From assembly GCA_050309605.1 (NCBI GenBank), contig JBNRMN010000034.1:1-64000 (forward strand): DNA of 64,000 nucleotides, written 5' to 3'. This DNA is from Anaerohalosphaeraceae bacterium (GTDB taxonomy: Bacteria; Planctomycetota; Phycisphaerae; Sedimentisphaerales; Anaerohalosphaeraceae). Positions 55,710 to 64,000 of the stretch are shown piece after piece (the first letter of the stretch is position 1; each line of letters begins with the position of its first letter). The position numbers were made by a program, and so were the translations under genes. The notes under the pieces are model-generated. The model had not been told where the DNA came from. It saw only the letters and a program-made list of their open reading frames with translations, and searched no databases.

Positions 55710-58126
55710 ACCGTTCAGTTAGTGTACCGATTGTATTTGTTGCAAGCCTGTTGGTCTCGGTCGGTTTGTGTCAGACCGCTTCGCCGCGGCGATATGTGCC
55801 GTTGACAACAGAGTGGACATTTCACAAAGGCGATGTCCCCGGTGCGGAAAAAATGACCTTTGACGACAGCCGCTGGCGAACTGTTACCGTGCCGCACGAC
55901 TGGAGCATCGAAGGGCCTTACAGCGAGCAATGGGCCAGCGGCACCGGTTATCTGCCCGGCGGCATCGGCTGGTACCGCAACACGTTTCAACTGGACGCCG
56001 ACGCTGACGGCAAAAGCGTCTATGTCGAATTCGACGGCGTGTATTGCAACAGCGAGGTCTGGATCAACGACCATTATCTCGGCAAGCGCCCTTACGGCTA
56101 TATCAGTTTTTATTATGATCTGACGCCGCATATTCGTTATAACGGGGATGAGAATATCCTTGCGGTGCGCGTCGATCATTCCGACTATGCCGATTCGCGC
56201 TGGTACACCGGTTCGGGGATTTATCGTCCCGTGCGGCTGTGTATTACCGACAAGGTGCGGATTGCGACGTGGGGTGTTTATGTAACGACACCGAAAGTCA
56301 CTGCCGAGCAGGCCGAGATTCGCATTGAGACGACCCTCGATAATTTGGATGCGGCCCAAAGCCAAATCGACCTGACCTCCTACATTATAAACCCCGACAA
56401 CCTGGTCGTTGCCAAAGTATCCCATTCCGGCGGCGTCGTAGAGGCTCAAGGCCTGAAAACTTATGTCCAAACGGCAACCATCCGGGATCCGCAATTATGG
56501 TCGATCCAAACGCCGACGATGTACTCTGTGCTCAGCGTTCTTGAAACCGACGGACGCATAATCGATCAGGTACGCACGCCTTTCGGTATTCGCACTTTTC
56601 GGTTTGATCCGGACGAGGGGTTCTTTCTGAATGATGAGCATGTGACTCTCAAAGGCGTCTGTGTCCATCACGACGCCGGGCCGGTCGGGGCGGCGGTGCC
56701 GTCCGGAATGTGGCGCAGACGGCTCGAAATGCTCAAAGAAATCGGGTGCAACGCCATTCGGATGAGCCACAATCCGCCGGCCAAAGAACTGCTGGATTTG
56801 TGCGATCAAATGGGGTTTCTGGTGATGAATGAGGCGTTTGACGAATTTACGCCGCCCAAACGCAAATGGGTCGAAGGCTGGAACGCCGGAACCCCTTCTT
56901 TGAAGGGGTACGGCCAGGTCTTTGAACAGTGGGCGGTGCGCGACATTCAGGATTGGGTGCGGCGCGACCGGAACCATCCGAGCATTATTTTCTGGAGCAT
57001 CGGCAATGAAATTGATTACCCCAACGATCCTTTTTCGCATCCCGTGCTGGGCAATGAATACAAGCCGACCCAGCCGCCGGCCGACGATCTGGTGCGCTAC
57101 GGCAAGCCGCTGGTCGAAGCGGTCAAGGAGCTGGATACGACTCGGCCGGTAACGGCCGCGCTGGCCAGTGTGGCCATGTCCGATGCAGTCGGATTTACCG
57201 ATTTGCTTGATGTCGTCGGTTACAACTATCAGGAACAGCGTTATGTTGACGATCATGCCAAACACCCGAAGCGTGTGATATACGGCAGCGAAAACGGCAA
57301 GCATTACGGCGCCTGGCAGGCGGTTACTGACAACGACTTTATTTCAGGCCAATTCTTGTGGGTTGGATTTGATTTTCTCGGCGAGGCCCGCGGTTGGCCG
57401 GTGCGCAATTCGCAGGCGGGACTGTTTGATCTGTGCGGCTTCAAAAAACCGATCGGCTGGTTCCGTCAGGCACTCTGGGCGCCGGCGCCGATGATCTATC
57501 TGGCAGCAAGCCCTCGTCGCGACGGTTCAGGCTCCGCGCGGCGCAACCTCGAACGCGGGATGCGCTCGCATTGGAACTGGCCGGAGCAGCAGCGGATGAG
57601 TGTGATTGCGTACAGCAATTGCCCGCAGGCTGAGTTGTTTCTCAACGGCCGGTCGCTGGGCCAGGGAACCCCGATGCCGCAGATGGGGCCGGTGTTCGTG
57701 TGGGACGTGCCCTTCAGCGCCGGCGAACTGAAAGCCGTCGGTCAAAAAGACGGCGGGGCGGTCTGTGAATATAGTCTCAATACCGCCGGCGAACCTCAAC
57801 GAATCCATCTGAAACCTGATACCCGCTCTCTCAAAGCGGATGGCCAGGATGTCTGCCAGATTGAATTTTATATCGCCGACGATAAGGGCGTTCGCGTGCC
57901 GGATGCGGAGAACCTGGTGCGGTTCCATGTGAGCGGCCCGGCCCGGATTCTGGCGGTGGGCAACGGCGACCCGGCCAATCACGCCGATGAAACCGACGCC
58001 GTTCATAACGCCTGGCAGGGCCGGGGGCTGGCGATTGTGCAGGCCCTGTACGAATCAGGGACTGTGCGTGTTTCGGCCTCGTCGCCGGATCTGGACGGCA
58101 CAGAGGTTCAGATTGAGATCAAGTAA
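55706..58126 (+). CDS. Secreted GH2 glycoside hydrolase (beta-galactosidase-like)
   Basis: Signal peptide; VPHDWSIE, SRWYTGSGIYR, NAIRMSHNPP, RDRNHPS..WSIGNE and GSEN. Confidence 0.92.
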   Translation: MNRSVSVPIVFVASLLVSVGLCQTASPRRYVPLTTEWTFHKGDVPGAEKMTFDDSRWRTVTVPHDWSIEGPYSEQWASGTGYLPGGIGWYRNTFQLDADADGKSVYVEFDGVYCNSEVWINDHYLGKRPYGYISFYYDLTPHIRYNGDENILAVRVDHSDYADSRWYTGSGIYRPVRLCITDKVRIATWGVYVTTPKVTAEQAEIRIETTLDNLDAAQSQIDLTSYIINPDNLVVAKVSHSGGVVEAQGLKTYVQTATIRDPQLWSIQTPTMYSVLSVLETDGRIIDQVRTPFGIRTFRFDPDEGFFLNDEHVTLKGVCVHHDAGPVGAAVPSGMWRRRLEMLKEIGCNAIRMSHNPPAKELLDLCDQMGFLVMNEAFDEFTPPKRKWVEGWNAGTPSLKGYGQVFEQWAVRDIQDWVRRDRNHPSIIFWSIGNEIDYPNDPFSHPVLGNEYKPTQPPADDLVRYGKPLVEAVKELDTTRPVTAALASVAMSDAVGFTDLLDVVGYNYQEQRYVDDHAKHPKRVIYGSENGKHYGAWQAVTDNDFISGQFLWVGFDFLGEARGWPVRNSQAGLFDLCGFKKPIGWFRQALWAPAPMIYLAASPRRDGSGSARRNLERGMRSHWNWPEQQRMSVIAYSNCPQAELFLNGRSLGQGTPMPQMGPVFVWDVPFSAGELKAVGQKDGGAVCEYSLNTAGEPQRIHLKPDTRSLKADGQDVCQIEFYIADDKGVRVPDAENLVRFHVSGPARILAVGNGDPANHADETDAVHNAWQGRGLAIVQALYESGTVRVSASSPDLDGTEVQIEIK

Positions 58127-58136
58127 GTGAGGCGCT

Positions 58137-58742
58137 ATGCGAATTATTGCCGGCTCCAAACGCGGGATGAGGCTGCTGTCGCCGCCGGGACGCGATACCC
58201 GTCCGATTACCGACCGAGTTAAGGAATCGCTGTTTAATATCCTGTACAATCACGGGCTGCCCGAAGGCGCGGCGGTGGCGGATTTGTTCTGCGGTACCGG
58301 CTCGATGGGGCTGGAGGCCCTCAGTCGCGGGGCGGCGTGGGTGACGTTTATTGACAAAAACCGCAAAGTCATAGAGATCTTGAAGAAAAATATTGCCCGC
58401 GCAGGATTCGAGCGGCAGTGCCGGCCGATTGCAGCCAATATTTTGTCGGTCGGCGCAGCGCCAGCCGCTGAGCATGGGTTGTATGATTTGGTGTTTGTCG
58501 ATCCGCCGTATGCAATGAGCAGATGCGCCGGTGAAGGCTCGGCAATCGCCGGTCTGATGCAATTGATTGACACCCAGGTCAACCCCGACGCCCTGATTGT
58601 GCTTCGAACCCATCAGGACGCCCTGATCTGCGATGAATACGGCCTGCTAACGGCAGTGGACACACGCCAATGGGGGGCGATGAAAGTGATTTTTTATCGT
58701 CCCAAACCGCACCATAAAGGACATGAATCCCACAGCACATAG
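58137..58742 (+). CDS. rsmD: 16S rRNA m2G966 methyltransferase
   Basis: MRIIAG, RP.TDRVKESLFN, DLFCGTGSMGLEALSRGA and FVDPPY. Confidence 0.93.
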   Translation: MRIIAGSKRGMRLLSPPGRDTRPITDRVKESLFNILYNHGLPEGAAVADLFCGTGSMGLEALSRGAAWVTFIDKNRKVIEILKKNIARAGFERQCRPIAANILSVGAAPAAEHGLYDLVFVDPPYAMSRCAGEGSAIAGLMQLIDTQVNPDALIVLRTHQDALICDEYGLLTAVDTRQWGAMKVIFYRPKPHHKGHESHST

Positions 58743-58788
58743 GTCGTAAACCCTGTTTGTGTTCTTCATATCCTTTATGGTTGTGCGG
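58707..58788. repeat. Long inverted repeat between convergent rsmD and araA (possible bidirectional terminator or REP-like element)
   Basis: ACCATAAAGGACATGAA (58711-58727) pairs 16/17 with TTCATATCCTTTATGGT (58765-58781), with extra flanking and inner pairing. Confidence 0.75.
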
Positions 58789-58797
58789 GGGTATGTA

Positions 58798-60294
58798 TTA
58801 CAGTAAAGCCTTGTTCATCCAGTAATAGACTTCATTGAACCGCAGCTCTTTCTTGAAGTTGCGGATATCGGTCGTCTCGTCGATAACAACGGATTCGATG
58901 CCGGCCATATCGGCGAAGTCTTCCAGATGTTCGCTGGTCAGTGCCATTGAAAAACCGGTATGATGTGCACCGCCGGCCAGAATCCACGCGGCGGCTGCCA
59001 CCTTCAAATCCGGCTTGGGCATCCAGACCACGCGGGCAACCGGCAGCTTGGGCAGATCGGCGTCCGGTGCAACCACATCGACCGGATTAATCAGCAGCCG
59101 GAAGCGGTTGCCCATATCAATCAGCGAGGCGTTCAATCCCGGTCCCTGTGCGACGTTAAAGACCAGTCGGGCCGGATCGTCTTTGCCGCCGATGCCCAGC
59201 GGATGCGCCTCCAGCGACACATTGCCGTCGGCGATGGACGGACACACTTCCAGCATGTGCGCCCCGAGCACTTTCATTGCCGCCGGATTCAGGTGGTAGG
59301 TGTAGTCTTCCATAAAGGACGTGCCGCCTTTCAGGCCGGCGGCCATCACTTTCATCGACCGCACCAGCGCGGCGGTTTTCCAGTCGCCTTCGGCGCCGAA
59401 GCCGTAGCCGTCGGCCATCAGTCGCTGGACCGCCAGCCCCGGCAGTTGGGCCAGGCCGTGCAGGTCTTCAAATGTGGTGGTAAAGGCCTTGAATCCGCCG
59501 TCCTCAAGAAAGCCGCGCAGTCCCGCCTCGATTCGTGCCGCGTCGCGGACATTCTGAAGATGCTTGCCTTTGACCTTCATATTGTACTGTTCTTCGTACT
59601 GCTTGACGAATTTGTCAACCTGAGCGTCGGAGACTTTATTGACGATCGCGACCAGGTCGCCCACGCCGTAGCCGTCCACCGCATAACCCAGTTGCTTTTG
59701 GGCCTCAACTTTATCGCCTTCGGTGACGGCCACATTACGCATATTGTCGCCGAAACGGGCGACTTTCATCCCCTGGGCGTCGTCCCATGCACAGGCCGCA
59801 CGCATCCAGGCATCCAGCCGCTGCTGGGCTTCCGTGTCCTGCCAGTGTCCGACGACAACCTTGCGATTTTTGCGAAGCCGCGTGCAGATAAACCCGAATT
59901 CGCGGCCGCCGTGAGCCGACTGGTTCAGGTTCATAAAGTCCATATCGATGGTATCCCACGGGATGTCGCGGTTAAATTGAGTGTGGAAGTGGGCAACGGG
60001 TTTTTGCAGAATCTGAAGGCCGCGAATCCACATCTTAGCCGGACTGAACGTATGCATCCAGGCGATCACTCCGACACAGGCCGTGGCGGTGTTCGCTTCG
60101 GCGCACAGCTCAGAAATAGCGTCAGCGGTTGTCAACACAGGCTTGAAAACGACTTTACAGGCTAATTGACCGGAATTGTTCAGGCCTTTGACGATTTTTT
60201 TGGAATCGTCGGCCACCTGCTTGAGTGCCTCGGGACCATACAAATGCTGGCTGCCCGTGATGAACCATACTTCACATTGCTTTAAGTCGTTCAT
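58798..60294 (-). CDS. araA: L-arabinose isomerase
   Basis: [52 protein letters not shown] and GGAHH. Confidence 0.97.
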   Translation of the reverse strand: MNDLKQCEVWFITGSQHLYGPEALKQVADDSKKIVKGLNNSGQLACKVVFKPVLTTADAISELCAEANTATACVGVIAWMHTFSPAKMWIRGLQILQKPVAHFHTQFNRDIPWDTIDMDFMNLNQSAHGGREFGFICTRLRKNRKVVVGHWQDTEAQQRLDAWMRAACAWDDAQGMKVARFGDNMRNVAVTEGDKVEAQKQLGYAVDGYGVGDLVAIVNKVSDAQVDKFVKQYEEQYNMKVKGKHLQNVRDAARIEAGLRGFLEDGGFKAFTTTFEDLHGLAQLPGLAVQRLMADGYGFGAEGDWKTAALVRSMKVMAAGLKGGTSFMEDYTYHLNPAAMKVLGAHMLEVCPSIADGNVSLEAHPLGIGGKDDPARLVFNVAQGPGLNASLIDMGNRFRLLINPVDVVAPDADLPKLPVARVVWMPKPDLKVAAAAWILAGGAHHTGFSMALTSEHLEDFADMAGIESVVIDETTDIRNFKKELRFNEVYYWMNKALL

Positions 60295-60320
60295 AAACTC
60301 CCTTTCCTAAAAAAAATGTT

Positions 60321-60412
60321 ACAAGTCCGAACAATGAAAATGACATTCAAACGTCCCGCATCACGGTACGTAATTTGACAATCAATTTACCAAAACAAGA
60401 TAGGTTCGACAA
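60321..60412 (-). promoter_or_regulatory. araA promoter with a candidate AraR-like operator
   Basis: Minus strand TTGTCG-N17-TAAATT (60412-60384) and a downstream ATTGTTCGGACTTGT (60335-60321). Confidence 0.45.
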
Positions 60413-60707
60413 GCGATTTTCCAGCGACTGGGTGTATTTTTTACGAGAAAGAAAAAATTGAAACCCATCTTGATATGGGTGTTCGATTCGGGTTTTGCTC
60501 ATTTCAAAGAGACCAGCCGAAGATGAAATCGGCTGCTCTGATCAAAATTTTAGTGTTGTTCAGGGATTTCCGCCGGCATACGCGTCTTGTGCGGGGCGGC
60601 AATGATGTAAATTTTGCTTGAATCCGGTGGGGACGTCTGCGATAATAAAAAGGGTTAAGGTTTTGACAAGACGATGGAAAGACCTTCTTTTTCGAAAGGG
60701 ATTGTCC

Positions 60708-61583
60708 ATGTCTGGAAGTTTAACGTTTTTGATTACTGCGCTGTTGATCGGCGTTGTCGGAATAGAGTCGGAAAAATCGACCTCTTACACGGTCGGTCAG
60801 TTCATCGAAGCTCAGGGACCCGAGTCCGTTGTCTGTCGATTGCGGGATTACGCCGGTCCGACCCAGGTGCGGTTTGTCGTGCGGATTGCCGACCTGGAGG
60901 CGCCGGAAGATCCGAATGCTGTTCAGCTTGCACGGGACTTTCTGCATGAGCGGCTCAGCCATGCGCAGATGATCAAATTGCGGAATGTGCAGGATCACGG
61001 CTATTTCCGTTTGACTGCCGAGGTCTATGCCGATGGGCTAAATGTCGGTCGGCATATGTTGAAAGCAGGGCTGATGCGTCCGAAGCCGTCGAAATCTGCT
61101 GCCGACACGAAGGATGGGTCGGCCAACGGCCTTGACCGCTTTCCCGATTTTCCCCTGGCGGCTGAACATATCCGCTCAAGGCCGCCTACTGCCGCCGCGC
61201 GGGGGCCGGATAGGCCAAAGCGGTTTGCCGGATTGGTGGACATGTCCCGTATCAGGCCGGACACGACGTTTCGAGAGGCGTTGTCGATCATCAGCGGACA
61301 GCAGCCGCGTCTGCCGATTTTGGTCTTGTGGAACGACCTTGAGCGTAACGCTTTTGTTGAACGCGACACGCCGGTCGGCATCGAAGGGTTCGGCAGAATG
61401 CGGGCCGAGGCGGCGCTGGATCTTGTGTTGCGTGCGGTCGCCACTTCTGGGATGCGATTGAGGGTCATCCCCGAAGGCGGTGTGCTGACGATTGCCACCG
61501 AGGCCGCCGATCTGGGAAAACCGACCACCCGGGTTTATCCCGTGGCCGATCTGCTTGCCAGGCCCTCCGAGCTGTATTGGTAG
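60708..61583 (+). CDS. Exported protein: SNase/thermonuclease-like domain plus a secretin-N/STN-like domain
   Basis: Signal/TM segment; VRIADLEAPE..YFRLTAEVYADG.NVG..MLKAGL (SNase-like); C-terminal ..LWNDLE..DTPV..ALDLVL..EGGVLTIAT..TRVYPVADLL. Confidence 0.6.
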   Translation: MSGSLTFLITALLIGVVGIESEKSTSYTVGQFIEAQGPESVVCRLRDYAGPTQVRFVVRIADLEAPEDPNAVQLARDFLHERLSHAQMIKLRNVQDHGYFRLTAEVYADGLNVGRHMLKAGLMRPKPSKSAADTKDGSANGLDRFPDFPLAAEHIRSRPPTAAARGPDRPKRFAGLVDMSRIRPDTTFREALSIISGQQPRLPILVLWNDLERNAFVERDTPVGIEGFGRMRAEAALDLVLRAVATSGMRLRVIPEGGVLTIATEAADLGKPTTRVYPVADLLARPSELYW

Positions 61584-61808
61584 GCGAAAATTTTTGAGGC
61601 AAATCAGACGCAGGGAGCGTATAATTCAGCCCTATGACAGCATAGAAACGCAACTATTGAGATATACAATGGGTATTATCGGGCCTGCGATTGAATCCCT
61701 TATTGACCTTTTGTGTCTTTCTTTCAGGGAATCTGTTAAGACCTTTTCAATTCCAGCCGATGAAGTAAGAAGTAATTAGTGTCGTTTTTTTCAGAACAGG
61801 AATCGTAT

Positions 61809-64000
61809 ATGGCATCATCAATAAAATCGTCGGATAAGGAACCAACTAAGATGCACACCGTCAGGACATTTACGGTCAAGCCCTCGCTGCCGGAACCGTT
61901 GAAGGAGTTGTATGTTGTTGCAGGGAATCTGTACTGGTCGTGGCACTATGAAATCACGGAGCTGTTTCGCCGCGTCGATTACGACCTGTGGAAACAATGC
62001 GCTCATAATCCGATTCGTATGCTCGGCATGGCTTCGCAGGCCCGTTTGGAAGATTTGTCTCACAATGAAGGATTTTTATATCAATTGCGTCAAGCGCGCC
62101 AGAAGCTTGAAGAGACGCTTAATGCGCCGTCCTGGTTTGACAAGATCTACGCCCGTGAAGAGGCACGTCCGACCATTGCTTATTTCAGTGCCGAATTCGG
62201 CATTCACGAATGTCTGCCGATTTATTCGGGCGGCCTGGGAATTTTAGCGGGCGATCACCTCAAAAGCGCATCCGATCTGGGCGTTCCGCTGGTCGGTATT
62301 GGACTGCTGTATCAGAAAGGGTACTTTCGCCAATATCTTAACACGGACGGCTGGCAGCAGGAACATTATATTGAAAACGATTTTCACAATATGCCGCTTG
62401 AGTTGGTCCGAAAAGAAAGCGGCCACCCGCTGATCGTCAACATCCAGTTTCCCGGCCGCACGGTATCCGCTCAAGTCTGGAAAGTCATGGTCGGCCGCAC
62501 ACCGCTGTACCTGCTGGATACGAATCTGCCGAGCAATTCGACATTCGACCGGACAATTACCCAGACGCTGTACGGCGGCGATGCGGAAATGCGAATTTGT
62601 CAGGAAATCGTGCTGGGCATCGGCGGTTTGAAGGCCCTGTATGCAATGAACCTGGAGCCGACGGTGTGCCATATGAACGAAGGACACGCTGCGTTTATGG
62701 CGCTGGAGCGTGTTCGTCGGATTCGCAGCCGCTATAAGATGACCTACGAGGAAGCGTTCGAGGCGGCCAAGGCCAGCAATGTCTTTACCGTACACACGCC
62801 GGTGGCCGCCGGCAACGACGAGTTCCCCGTTGAGATGATGGACAAATACTTCGGCCATTACTACGGCAAACTCGGATTGAATCGCGAGCAGTTTCTGGCC
62901 CTGGGGCGCGTCCATCCGGACAACCCCGCCGAATCCTTCAAGATGCCTGTCTTGGCCATTCGCACCAGCGCCTATCGCAACGGCGTCAGCCAGCTTCACG
63001 GCGAGGTGTCCCGGACGATTTGGTCCGGCCTGTGGCGTGAACTGCCGACCGAAGAGGTGCCGATCAACGCCATCACCAACGGTGTTCACGCCAAGACGTG
63101 GCTCAGCGCCGAAGTCAACTTACTGCTCGAACGGTATCTCGGCGCTCGCTGGAGCGAAGAGATTGTTGATAAATCCATCTGGCACAACATCGACCAGATT
63201 CCGGATGAAGAATTGTGGCGGATTCATCAGCGCTGCAAAGAGCGGCTGGTCGGTTTCGCACGATCCCGACTCAAACGGCAGCTTCAACGGCGAGGCGCGT
63301 TCCATACCGAGCTGAGCTGGGCCGAGGAAGTGCTCGATCCCGAAGCGCTGACCATCGGTTTTGCCCGCCGGTTTGCTACCTATAAACGCGGCAATCTGCT
63401 GCTGCGTGAGCCGGAACGCTTGATTAAACTGCTCAACAACAGTGAGACGCCGGTCCAGTTTATCTTCGCCGGCAAGGCGCACCCGCGCGACACGGCGGGC
63501 AAGGAAATCGTGCGTCAATTGGTGCACTTTGCCACCGAGCATCCTGAAATTCGTCGGCGGCTGCTGTTCCTCGAAGATTATGACATTGATATTGCCCGGT
63601 ATATGGTGCAGGGCGTTGATGTGTGGCTGAACAACCCGCGTCGCCCGATGGAAGCCAGCGGCACCAGCGGAATGAAAGCCGCCCTGAACGGCGTGCTGAA
63701 TATGAGTACGCTGGACGGCTGGTGGTGTGAAGGCTACATTCCGGACGGCGGCTGGATCATCGGGGCCGGCGAGGAATACGACGATCTGTCCTATCAGGAT
63801 CAGGTTGAATCGCAGGCGATATTCAATCTGCTTGAGCAGGAAGTCGTGCCGCTGTATTTTGCCCAGTCCAAAGACCGACTGCCGCGGCGGTGGATACGCC
63901 GGATGAAAAACACGATCAAGTGGTGCGCTCCGCGGTTTAATACCAGCCGGATGGTCGCCGAATACACGCGCAAATTTTATACCATGGCCGACAGCAAGTG
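61809..64000 (+). CDS. glgP: Alpha-glucan (glycogen) phosphorylase; 3' end beyond the window
   Basis: Manual translation gives NLYWSW, AYFSAEFG, YSGGLGILAGDHLKSASDLG, HMNEGH, NGVSQLHG, FARRFATYKR and EASGTSGMK (PLP Lys). Start is 61809 or 61851; not in the ORF track because the stop is outside the window. Confidence 0.95.
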   Translation, partial: MASSIKSSDKEPTKMHTVRTFTVKPSLPEPLKELYVVAGNLYWSWHYEITELFRRVDYDLWKQCAHNPIRMLGMASQARLEDLSHNEGFLYQLRQARQKLEETLNAPSWFDKIYAREEARPTIAYFSAEFGIHECLPIYSGGLGILAGDHLKSASDLGVPLVGIGLLYQKGYFRQYLNTDGWQQEHYIENDFHNMPLELVRKESGHPLIVNIQFPGRTVSAQVWKVMVGRTPLYLLDTNLPSNSTFDRTITQTLYGGDAEMRICQEIVLGIGGLKALYAMNLEPTVCHMNEGHAAFMALERVRRIRSRYKMTYEEAFEAAKASNVFTVHTPVAAGNDEFPVEMMDKYFGHYYGKLGLNREQFLALGRVHPDNPAESFKMPVLAIRTSAYRNGVSQLHGEVSRTIWSGLWRELPTEEVPINAITNGVHAKTWLSAEVNLLLERYLGARWSEEIVDKSIWHNIDQIPDEELWRIHQRCKERLVGFARSRLKRQLQRRGAFHTELSWAEEVLDPEALTIGFARRFATYKRGNLLLREPERLIKLLNNSETPVQFIFAGKAHPRDTAGKEIVRQLVHFATEHPEIRRRLLFLEDYDIDIARYMVQGVDVWLNNPRRPMEASGTSGMKAALNGVLNMSTLDGWWCEGYIPDGGWIIGAGEEYDDLSYQDQVESQAIFNLLEQEVVPLYFAQSKDRLPRRWIRRMKNTIKWCAPRFNTSRMVAEYTRKFYTMADSK

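Noticed and set aside
61818..63630. Small ORFs listed in the track at the right edge
   Set aside because: All lie inside the glycogen phosphorylase gene, which runs off the window.

Overview
This is a gene-dense, GC-rich chromosomal window of mostly housekeeping and carbohydrate genes. The host is inferred to be a Planctomycetota member (Phycisphaerae/Sedimentisphaerales-like) from a HYExAFE-type protein, an FlgI-HEAT lipoprotein and dockerin-like C-terminal tags. It contains rpsB-tsf-pyrH-frr, smc, pcrA/uvrD, pgi, manC, hisS, bioB, rsmD, araA, glgP (runs off the right edge), a tRNA-Gly(CCC), a GH2 enzyme, several peptidases and a large secreted GH128/LamG/3xCBM6 glucanase (runs off the left edge and is missing from the ORF track). 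I found no CRISPR array, prophage, integrase or transposase. The most unusual locus is an orphan pair of apparently repurposed flagellar parts upstream of smc: a degenerate FlhA membrane domain fused to a dead MinD/CpsD-like P-loop domain, and an FlgI-HEAT lipoprotein. Other oddities are the fusions YqgF(RuvX)-Pgl, AroK-AroC, PTS IIA-PII-like, KaiC-like/PEP-synthase-like and SNase-like/STN-like; a PHP protein paired with a double-Rossmann dehydrogenase; tandem Rnk paralogues behind a structured leader; and several structured intergenic elements. All family calls come from motif recognition by eye, not from database searches.
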